DNA from: an uncultured Candidatus Saccharibacteria bacterium
GTDB taxonomy: Bacteria > Patescibacteriota > Minisyncoccia > Phycocordibacterales > CAIZLB01
DNA length: 33,440 nt
Direction of reading: 5' to 3'
NCBI GenBank assembly: GCA_964610005.1
Contig: CAZSTO010000001.1
Coordinates: forward strand, 1 to 33,440
Under the pieces are notes generated by a model. That model searched no databases. It worked only from the letters and a program-made list of their open reading frames with translations, and was not told the DNA's origin. The position numbers and the translations under genes were made by a program. Below are positions 16,726 through 24,609 of this stretch, piece by piece (position 1 is the first letter of the stretch; each line of letters opens with the position of its first letter).

Positions 16726-17928
16726 ATGAGTGCCTCAAAATTTTTAAAAATAATATTAGTAATAATCGCTCTAATAGTCGCGTTTCTTGCAACACAAAGA
16801 GTTACTTCAAAAGATTTATTATCTTATTTCAAAGATATAAAACATAAGATAGAAGTAGATGCCTCAGCGACTACAACTGAAGAAAAAGTCGAGGCTCCTG
16901 TAGAAGAAAAGAAAATGTCTCATGTAAAGACACCTGAAAATGTTCGTGGTATATATGTTTCTGCAAACAGTTTCTTGTATAAACCATTTTTAGAAAGACT
17001 TGATAAGATGATAGAGGAAACAACTATAAACACAATAGTGGTTGATATAAAAGATGCACCTGGTGTTATAACTTATGATATTGGCATGCAACATCCTTGT
17101 ATACAGCCGCTTATTTCAAAAGAAGATTTAGAAGCAAAGCTTGATTATTATCATAAGAAAAATATTTATGTGATAGCACGTATAGCAGTTTTCCGTGATG
17201 AATGTTTTACAAAACAAAACTTAGATCTTGCGTCAAAGAAAGCTGACGGTACACCATGGAGAGATGGAAAAGGAAATTATTGGTTATCTCCAAGTAAAGA
17301 AAAAACCGCACAATATATAGTTGATCTTGCTAAAAATGTTTATGATAGAGGTTTTGATGAAATACAATTAGATTATGTGCGTTATCCTTCAGATGGTCAG
17401 ATGAATCTTTTAAGTTATGAATACAATGGGAATTTTACAGCTTCATCTACAGGTGCTGATAAAAGAAGACAGACTTTGGGAAATTTTCTAGCTTATGTTA
17501 GAAAAGGTTTAGAGGGTATACCTTTATCAGCTGATGTGTTTGGTATGGTCCTGACAAATACAGATGATTTAACTATAGGACAACATCTTGATGAATTTGT
17601 TCAACATGTAGATTATATCTCTGGCATGATTTATCCATCTCATTTTCCAAATAATTGGAATGGTATAAAGTTGCCAAATAAAGCACCATATCAAACTATA
17701 TATGATTCAACTAAGATGGGTTTGGATAGAGTTACAGCGACTCACGGAACTTCCACAGCTTATAAAGTGATGAGACCTTGGTTGCAAGATTTCTCAATAT
17801 TCGGAGTTGATTATAATGCACCTGAAGTAAAAGCTCAGATAAAAGCTTTGGATGATCTCGGTGTGAAAAGTTATTTGTTGTGGAATGCATCAAACAGATA
17901 TACACCTGGGGTTATTGATAGGGAGTAG
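16726..17928 (+). CDS. Membrane-anchored putative glycoside-hydrolase-like TIM-barrel protein (COG1306/DUF4015-like)
   Basis: N-terminal TM segment, VRGIYVS, TIVVDIKD and FDEIQLDYVRYP resemble that family. The call is made from memory of the family and not verified. Confidence 0.5.
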   Translation: MSASKFLKIILVIIALIVAFLATQRVTSKDLLSYFKDIKHKIEVDASATTTEEKVEAPVEEKKMSHVKTPENVRGIYVSANSFLYKPFLERLDKMIEETTINTIVVDIKDAPGVITYDIGMQHPCIQPLISKEDLEAKLDYYHKKNIYVIARIAVFRDECFTKQNLDLASKKADGTPWRDGKGNYWLSPSKEKTAQYIVDLAKNVYDRGFDEIQLDYVRYPSDGQMNLLSYEYNGNFTASSTGADKRRQTLGNFLAYVRKGLEGIPLSADVFGMVLTNTDDLTIGQHLDEFVQHVDYISGMIYPSHFPNNWNGIKLPNKAPYQTIYDSTKMGLDRVTATHGTSTAYKVMRPWLQDFSIFGVDYNAPEVKAQIKALDDLGVKSYLLWNASNRYTPGVIDRE

Positions 17929-17932
17929 TGGT

Positions 17933-17960
17933 TTGACAGATTTATCTGTTTTGTTAGAAT
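17933..17960 (+). promoter_or_regulatory. Near-consensus promoter pointing into the 3' end of MazF-like gene 1
   Basis: TTGACA (17933-17938), 16 nt, TAGAAT (17955-17960). Confidence 0.45.
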
Positions 17961-17966
17961 AAGGTC

Positions 17967-18062
17967 AATCTCTTTATGAGACACAATGGGTTATCCCACT
18001 TGCCAGGATCATAATGGTCCGGCTTAAATCATCTCCGTATAATGTCAATTATACGGTTTTGA
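17967..18062 (+). ncRNA. Candidate ~95-nt antisense RNA convergent with MazF-like gene 1
   Basis: The predicted start is about 7 nt after the -10. Internal hairpin near 18003-18022. Terminator ccgtataat (18035-18043) / attatacgg (18048-18056) plus TTTT (18057-18060) lies inside the last codons of the minus-strand CDS. Confidence 0.4.
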
Positions 18063-18457
18063 ATTTTTATGAAATCATTCATAGAAATATAACCTATATA
18101 TTTACTAAGCCTTTTTGTATCGAGTGCTCTTATCTGAGATATAATAGCTGATTGCTCAATGTCTTGTAATAATAGTTTTATATAATATTTATTATCTTTA
18201 TTTTTAGTACTTAGGGGTATACCCCAAAACATCTCGTTATTAAATTTTTTAAATATTAAAACAGGACGATGAAAGTTCTCGCCTTTACCATCTTGTTCGT
18301 ATCCGATATTTTCACCCCAAAAACACCAATAGACCTGACATTCATTAATGATTAGATTATTTCGTTTAGTTTTATTTATTATAATTTTATTTATGATCCA
18401 GGATATAAATTTTTTTGACATTAATACATCATACGATATGGGTGTTAAAATTTTCAT
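18029..18457 (-). CDS. PemK/MazF-family toxin-like protein, paralog 1, with no adjacent antitoxin ORF
   Basis: VYWCFWGENIGYEQDGKGENFHRPVLIF ... PLSTK ... SQIRALDTKRL fits the MazF fold pattern GD.W.....G.E..G.RP.l.l ... QiR..D..R. It ends at TGA. An alternative start is ATG 18421. Confidence 0.75.
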   Translation of the reverse strand: MKILTPISYDVLMSKKFISWIINKIIINKTKRNNLIINECQVYWCFWGENIGYEQDGKGENFHRPVLIFKKFNNEMFWGIPLSTKNKDNKYYIKLLLQDIEQSAIISQIRALDTKRLSKYIGYISMNDFIKIQNRIIDIIRR

Positions 18458-18502
18458 AAAGAAAATGTAAAGATTTTCTATCTTGATAAGGTGGTTGACA
18501 TC

Positions 18503-19717
18503 TTACAAGATCTTCACCTCAAACACCTTAGTCTCAGCCTCTTTTTCACCAATAATCACAACTTCTTTTATGTTATTTTTCTCAGCGATTTTCATAATAT
18601 CTCCAACTTTACGATTATCATAATTCACAGCCACATTTTTATTTTCTATTCTAAAATCACGAGCTACTATATTTGCATAATCAATAACTTCTTGTTGATC
18701 TGATATAACCCCGATCAAAGTATCTATACTATTTTCGTATTTAGGCAATAGATTTCTAGATTCTAAGAAATTTTGCATAGGCACATCGCCGATACCAAAG
18801 CCTATACCAGATATTTTCACATCATCTTTTACTGTTTCAAAAAGATCTATAAGATTTTCATAACGACCACCACCGAATAAAGCTCTGTTGTTGTTTGGAT
18901 CATTATCATAAACTTCAAAAACTATACCAGTATAATAATCAAAACCACGAACTATATCCTGATTAAATACAATCTTTATATTTTCTTTAGCACATTCATT
19001 GATAATTGTATTGATATAATCTAATTCTTTTTTAACTTCGGGAATGTTTATATCTTTGATATCGAGATATTCTTTGTCGGTGATCTTTTCATATTCTTTT
19101 GCGAATTCTTCTTTAGATATTTTATCTTTTCTATCTAATAATCTTTGAAAAGTTTTTCCTTCAGCTTCCGTAAATTCATAATAATGATTGTATACTGCAT
19201 TAAGTAGGGAACGAGAGTTTATGTATATAGTATAATCTTTTTCTTCGGCCCCGAAGTTTATCATGATATTATTTATCACTTTGAATATTTCTATATCATA
19301 AGCTTGATCATTTTTTGTATTCAATATATCAACATTCAATTGCCAAAACTCACGTAGTCTACCACGTTGGGGTCTTTCATATCGAAAACAGTTCGGTATT
19401 GAATAGTATCGTAATGGGAATGATAAATCTCTTTTTTTGGCTGCCACCATACGAGCAAGTGTCGGTGTCATCTCAGGACGAAGTGTAACCTCACGATCAC
19501 CACGGTCTATAAAAGTATATGTTTGACTGTTCACTATTTCTTCACTTGTTTTTGATTTATATATATCTGATTCTTCTAAAACTGAAGCATTATATTCTTG
19601 AAATCCAAAAGATTCTACGGATTTTCTCCATATTTTAAATATATGATTTTGTGCAAAATTATCTTCTGGGTAGAAGTCTCTTGTACCTTTATAATTTTCA
19701 GTTTTTAGTTTTTGCAT
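18503..19717 (-). CDS. hisS: Histidine--tRNA ligase
   Basis: GTRDFYPED, LRPEMTPTLARM and RYERPQRGRLREFWQLNVD are class II HisRS motifs. The start at ATG 19717 is supported by a -10 box 6 nt upstream. Confidence 0.9.
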   Translation of the reverse strand: MQKLKTENYKGTRDFYPEDNFAQNHIFKIWRKSVESFGFQEYNASVLEESDIYKSKTSEEIVNSQTYTFIDRGDREVTLRPEMTPTLARMVAAKKRDLSFPLRYYSIPNCFRYERPQRGRLREFWQLNVDILNTKNDQAYDIEIFKVINNIMINFGAEEKDYTIYINSRSLLNAVYNHYYEFTEAEGKTFQRLLDRKDKISKEEFAKEYEKITDKEYLDIKDINIPEVKKELDYINTIINECAKENIKIVFNQDIVRGFDYYTGIVFEVYDNDPNNNRALFGGGRYENLIDLFETVKDDVKISGIGFGIGDVPMQNFLESRNLLPKYENSIDTLIGVISDQQEVIDYANIVARDFRIENKNVAVNYDNRKVGDIMKIAEKNNIKEVVIIGEKEAETKVFEVKIL

Positions 19718-19723
19718 ATATAG

Positions 19724-19732
19724 AATATAGCA
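19724..19732 (-). promoter_or_regulatory. Extended -10 box 6 nt before the hisS ATG
   Basis: On the minus strand: TG-c-TATATT, then ctatat, then ATG (19717). Confidence 0.5.
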
Positions 19733-19785
19733 TATTTTAAGGGTTTTGTGTTTATACAATCTTTATGAGAATTTGAACATGAAAA

Positions 19786-19794
19786 TGTTTTAAT
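19786..19794 (+). promoter_or_regulatory. Extended -10 box 6 nt before the ATG of MazF-like gene 2
   Basis: TG-t-TTTAAT, then tttgct, then ATG at 19801. The 19-nt string atgttttaattttgctatg recurs at 24594-24612. Confidence 0.45.
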
Positions 19795-19800
19795 TTTGCT

Positions 19801-20274
19801 ATGGAAGATTGGGAATTTATAGAAAAATATAATAAATGGAATATAAAAAAGCAAAATATACATTTTTTAGACAATAGAGATATTTACTTTAAAGAGGGTG
19901 ATATCTGGTGGTGTTCTATTGGTTTAAATATAGGTGATGAATCATATGGAAAGGGTAGGGATTTTAGAAGACCTATATTAATATTTAAAAAATTATCAAA
20001 AGATTTATGTATAGCACTACCTTTGACCTCAAAACTTAAAAAAGGGACCTGGTTTGTTGATATTATTCTAAATAATCAGTCTAGATGTGTCATGTTGTAT
20101 CAGATTCGTGTACTGAATAAAAAAAGATTTTCTATAAAGATAGGTGAAATATGTGATGACGATTTCAATAAAGTAAAAAGAAAACTCGAGAATCTATTCG
20201 AGTTTTCATTAAATCGTCACTCGACAAATGTCGAGATCGAAAGGGTTGATGCGACTCTCAACCCTCAAAGGTGA
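19801..20274 (+). CDS. PemK/MazF-family toxin-like protein, paralog 2, with no adjacent antitoxin ORF
   Basis: GDIWWCSIGLNIGDESYGKGRDFRRPILIF ... PLTSK ... YQIRVLNKKRF. It carries a 22-aa tail absent from paralog 1, encoded by hairpin-rich DNA. It ends at TGA. Confidence 0.75.
   Translation: MEDWEFIEKYNKWNIKKQNIHFLDNRDIYFKEGDIWWCSIGLNIGDESYGKGRDFRRPILIFKKLSKDLCIALPLTSKLKKGTWFVDIILNNQSRCVMLYQIRVLNKKRFSIKIGEICDDDFNKVKRKLENLFEFSLNRHSTNVEIERVDATLNPQR
20175..20272 (-). ncRNA. Candidate ~98-nt antisense RNA covering the last ~32 codons of MazF-like gene 2
   Basis: Three perfect hairpins: 20242-20265 (8 bp), 20220-20235, and 20180-20207 (10 bp). The last is followed on the minus strand by TTTTT (20175-20179). 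The predicted start coincides with the toxin stop codon. Confidence 0.5.
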
Positions 20275-20278
20275 TTAT

Positions 20279-20306
20279 ATTTTAGCAAATGGATAATCTT
20301 TGTCAA
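20279..20306 (-). promoter_or_regulatory. Near-consensus promoter of the antisense RNA
   Basis: On the minus strand: TTGACA (20306-20301), 16 nt, TAAAAT (20284-20279). Confidence 0.5.
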
Positions 20307-20309
20307 ATC

Positions 20310-20318
20310 TGTTATACT
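20310..20318 (+). promoter_or_regulatory. Extended -10 box driving the structured RNA upstream of mod
   Basis: TG-t-TATACT, placed back-to-back with the antisense-RNA promoter. Confidence 0.4.
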
Positions 20319-20324
20319 AAGCAA

Positions 20325-20456
20325 GTCGCCACAATCAAATATAAGTAACACTACAAGTGTATACCTGCAGTCGTGTATAGTGAGGGGTGCCTCGATGCAC
20401 ATGACTGCAGGCCTTGCGCTTGTATTGATTGTGGCGACCATCGGGCATCCCTTTTT
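20325..20456 (+). ncRNA. GC-rich fold-back RNA or structured 5' leader of the mod gene
   Basis: 5' gtcgccacaatcaa (20325-20338) pairs with ttgattgtggcgac (20425-20438), extendable to about 20 bp. There is an inner 9-13 bp stem cctgcagtc (20364-20372) / gactgcagg (20403-20411), an apical gagg/cctc hairpin and a T5 run at 20452-20456. Confidence 0.45.
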
Positions 20457-20501
20457 GTCGTTTAATAATTAATATAAAGGTGCTTGGTCCGATGAACATA
20501 G

Positions 20502-22184
20502 ATGTCGCCTATGTCATTAGAGGAATTAAGTAGAGAAGATCTTTTGACTCGTGTAAAAGAGTTGGAAGCTAGATTAAAGAAAAATCAAAAATATGGTTTA
20601 GTATGGGAATCTAAAGAAGAACAAGTTGTTTTAGACTGTAAAGATAAATATCCTATATTAAAGCGTGTTGAAGATAGAAGTATTAGAGGAGGTGTTGGTC
20701 CAATGAATTATTTGATTGAGGGTGATAATTATCATGCTTTGAAGATCTTGCAATATACACATAAGGGTAAGATTGATGTGATTTATATAGATCCTCCGTA
20801 TAATACAGGGAATAAGGATTTTATCTATAATGATGATTTTGTTGATAAAGAAGATGGTTATAGACACAGTAAATGGCTGTCATTTATGGAGAGAAGGTTG
20901 AAGTTGGCAAAAGAATTATTGAAGGATACGGGGGTTATATTTATAAGTATAGATGATAATGAACAAGCACAGTTGAAATTATTGTGTGATGGGGTTTTTG
21001 GCGAGAGGAATTTTATAAGCTTATTTCCTAGATTGACAGTTAAAGGAGGTAAAACACAAAGCTTATTTAATACAAGTAACATAGATTATGTATATGTTTA
21101 TTCTAAGGATATTAATAAATCTCGTTTTAATAAATTATTAGTTAAAGATGATAATGCTTTTAAATATAAAGATAAATATTTTGATGAGAGAGGCTTTTAT
21201 CATACTAAACAATCTTTAGATAGTGTTAGTTTAGGGTATGTAAAATCTTTAGATTATCCAATAAATCATGAAGGTGTAACCTATTATCCTGGTGGTGTTA
21301 TTGAAAATAATGGATATAGATGGACTTGGTCTAAAGATAAGTTGGATTTCGCAATAAAAAATGATTTTGTGGAATTTAAAAATGGAAGAATATGGCCTAA
21401 AAAATATTTATTAGCTAGTATTGAAAAAGATAAAAATGGTTATTATATTAAATATGAAGATAGGGTAAAAAATTATTCACAATTAACTTTTATTGAAAAT
21501 CTATATTCAAATACAAATGGAACAAATACCTTAAGAGAGTTAGATGTTACGGATTTTAATAATGCAAAACCTGTTGATTTAATAAAAACAATTTGTGAAA
21601 TGTCTGGATCTAAATCCTCCATCATCCTCGATTTCTTCGCTGGCTCCGGGACCACAGGACATGCCGTACTTGAACTCAATAAACAAGATGGTGGTAATCG
21701 TCAATTCATACTTGTAACAAACAATGGTGACGAAAAGAGTGAGCATAAGATCGCTGAAAATATAACTTATGAAAGATTAAAAAGAGTCATGAGGGGTTAC
21801 ACAAACAAGAAAGGTGAAAAGGTAGAAGGTCTGGGTGGTAATCTTGATTATATGCGTTGTGAGTTTATAGATAAGATTGATCATCAAGATAGTATGAGGC
21901 TCAAGATCACAGAAAATTGTCTAGATACAATAATGTTTAAAGAGGGTAATGATAAAATCATAAAAAACACAGATGATTATACTATCACCAGTAGTACTGT
22001 TCTAAATATGGATAATATGACAGCTATATATAAAACCTGGAATGATGAAAATATAGATAAATTTAAAAAAGATATAGAGAAAATAAATAGACCGGTAAAC
22101 GTGTATTTAAATCCATTCATTGATAAAGATGAATTTAATTATTTGGATAAGGTTAATATTAAAAATATTCAAGACATAATATAA
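20502..22184 (+). CDS. mod: Type III restriction-modification methyltransferase (Mod)
   Basis: DPPYNTG (motif IV) lies N-terminal to FFAGSGTTGHAV (motif I), with a variable region between. The res gene follows after 4 nt. Confidence 0.85.
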   Translation: MSPMSLEELSREDLLTRVKELEARLKKNQKYGLVWESKEEQVVLDCKDKYPILKRVEDRSIRGGVGPMNYLIEGDNYHALKILQYTHKGKIDVIYIDPPYNTGNKDFIYNDDFVDKEDGYRHSKWLSFMERRLKLAKELLKDTGVIFISIDDNEQAQLKLLCDGVFGERNFISLFPRLTVKGGKTQSLFNTSNIDYVYVYSKDINKSRFNKLLVKDDNAFKYKDKYFDERGFYHTKQSLDSVSLGYVKSLDYPINHEGVTYYPGGVIENNGYRWTWSKDKLDFAIKNDFVEFKNGRIWPKKYLLASIEKDKNGYYIKYEDRVKNYSQLTFIENLYSNTNGTNTLRELDVTDFNNAKPVDLIKTICEMSGSKSSIILDFFAGSGTTGHAVLELNKQDGGNRQFILVTNNGDEKSEHKIAENITYERLKRVMRGYTNKKGEKVEGLGGNLDYMRCEFIDKIDHQDSMRLKITENCLDTIMFKEGNDKIIKNTDDYTITSSTVLNMDNMTAIYKTWNDENIDKFKKDIEKINRPVNVYLNPFIDKDEFNYLDKVNIKNIQDII

Positions 22185-22188
22185 ATCT

Positions 22189-24507
22189 ATGAAATTTACA
22201 CTTAAAAATTATCAAGAAAAAGCTGTTAATTCTCTAAAAGACAGAGTTTATAATTTTCTTTCATTTAATGATTCAGAAAAGAGAATAATAACCTTTAAAG
22301 CACCTACAGGTTCAGGAAAAACTGTTATGATGGCTTCTTTTATAGAGAATTTGATAGAATCAAATAAAGATTTAAAGAATATAGATTTTACATTTTTATG
22401 GTTATCTATAGGTACAGGTGATTTACATAATCAGAGTAAAAAGTCTCTAGAGAAAAATATCGGTGATAATATAAAAATACAAAGTATAGATGAGGTATAT
22501 GGTACATAAAAAAATGAATTATTAAAGGATTCGGTAATGGTTTCTAATTGGGAAAAAGTGTGGACCAAAAATAAAAAAACAGGCGATTGGAAAAGTATTG
22601 CCATGAGAGATGGTGATTATATAAATTTTCGAGAAATATTAAATAATACAAATAGTATTGGTAGAAAGATTGTATTGATAATAGATGAATCATACATAGC
22701 TACCGATGCTGCTAGAGGTAGAGAGATTGTTGATTTGATAAATCCTAATATCGTAATAGAAGTATCGGCTACTCCGAATCTAAGGTTATCAGGTAAAGAT
22801 ATTATAGATAATAAAGGTTGGATTGAAGAGATAAATCCACAAGATGTTATAGATGAAGAAATGATAAAGGATCAAATAATAGTTAATTCTGATTTTGTTT
22901 TATTTAAAAAAGATGACAGCGATCAAACTGTCTTAAGAAGTGCTATTAATAAACGTGATGAATTGGTTAATCTCTATAAAGAATATAATATAAATGTAAA
23001 CCCACTTTTATTAATACAATTACCAAATAGCAGAGATGGTGAATCTGCTATGGAAATGGTCTTGGATTTTTTAGAGAAAGAAAAAGGGGTAAAACAAGGC
23101 GATGATAGATTAGCTATATGGTTAAGTGAAAAAGATATTAGTGATAGAAATATAGATAACATAAGTAAAAATAATTCCAAACAAGAATATCTCATATTTA
23201 AACAAGCCATAGCAACGGGTTGGGATTGTCCCAGGGCTCAAATATTATTAAAATTCAGAGAAGTTAAAAGTGATGTATTCGAAATACAAGTTTTAGGTAG
23301 GATATTAAGGACTCCTGAGCAAAAGCATTATTCTATAGAAGCTCTAAATAAGGCTTATGTGTATGTGAATTCTGATGAAATCAGTTTTAAAATAGAAGAT
23401 TATAATGCAAAGATTTTGGGTGATTTACCATCTATAAGAAAAAGGGATTATAAAGATATAAAATTGAATTCTTTTTATCAAGAACGTAAAGACTATCAAG
23501 ATATAAAATCAGAATTTAAAAAGGTATTATCGGATTGCTTTATAGATAAGTTGAATTTGATAGAAGGGGACTATAATAAAAATATAAAAAAATTAGAAAA
23601 AGAAGGTTGGAAATTTGAATTGGAAGATATATATCATAAAGTTATTTCAGATATTAGTGTTGATGTAAAAACAATAGATCAATATTATCTGCCCGTAGAA
23701 GATGATACAAAAGAAACTTTGAATATAAGTGATAGACAAATAGAGATAATATCTAGAAATATATTTAAAAAGCTGATGAACCCTTTTACTAATATTGCCA
23801 GGTCTATACCAGTGATGAATCTTGCCTGGTATGCTTTCTGTCGAAATATTTTTGGGGAAAATCTAATGAAAAAAGATTTTATAAGCTCTCAGACTTTACT
23901 TATAATGAATTTGCAAAAGGTTCAGCAGATATTTATAGAGGCTGTAGAAAAATATTCGAAAATCAAAAAGAAAAAACTTCAAGCAGAAAGTGAACATTAT
24001 AGTATATTTGAAATACCTAAGATTGATTATTTTAATTCTGAATTAGTTGATAATATAAATTATGATAAGTATATTTTAGATAATTGTTATTTGTATAAAG
24101 ATAGATCTAAACCAGAAAGAGATTTTGAGAATTTGTTGAATAATTCCAAAAAAGTAAAATGGTGGTATAAAAACGGCGTAAATCGTGATGATTATTTTGG
24201 TATTAAATATGAATATGATAATAAAGACGGTAAAGAAACTATTCACACCTTTTATCCTGATTATGTGGTTAAATTTAATGATGAAAAAATAGGTATATTT
24301 GAAACAAAGGCAGAGTCAGATCCAGATGCTCACACTAAAACGAAGGTAAAAGCTGAGGAATTATACAAATATATACAAAAAGAGAATAAAATAGGTAAAA
24401 AACTTCTTGGGGGAATTGTTGTATTTAAGGAAAAAGAAAATAAATGGAGAATACAAAATAAAAAAGAATATTCACTAACAGAAGGCTGGGAAGAGTTAAT
24501 TTTTTAA
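22189..24507 (+). pseudogene. res: Type III restriction enzyme Res subunit interrupted by an in-frame TAA
   Basis: KAPTGSGKT (helicase motif I), LIIDESY (motif II-like) and a C-terminal PD-(D/E)xK-like YPDYVV...GIFETKA. TAA at 22507-22509 is in the same frame as both halves (106 + 656 aa). Confidence 0.75.
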
Positions 24508-24594
24508 TTCATGTGTCTCGAAATATGTATTTAAATAAACACAGAAAATAAAACTTAATTTTATATTTTCTTAATCAAGACTTTATACCGTATA

Positions 24595-24603
24595 TGTTTT
24601 AAT
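24595..24603 (+). promoter_or_regulatory. Extended -10 box 6 nt before ATG 24610
   Basis: TG-t-TTTAAT, then tttgct, then ATG. Confidence 0.45.
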
Positions 24604-24609
24604 TTTGCT

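Noticed and set aside
20325-20438. Retron-like msr/msd RNA (long terminal inverted repeats a1/a2 around a stable hairpin)
   Set aside because: No reverse transcriptase ORF follows or precedes it in this window; the next gene is a Type III methyltransferase. The inverted repeats alone are not diagnostic.
20502-22184. Phase-variable simple-sequence repeat in the Type III mod gene
   Set aside because: I saw no tandem tetra- or pentanucleotide tract or long homopolymer in the mod coding sequence.
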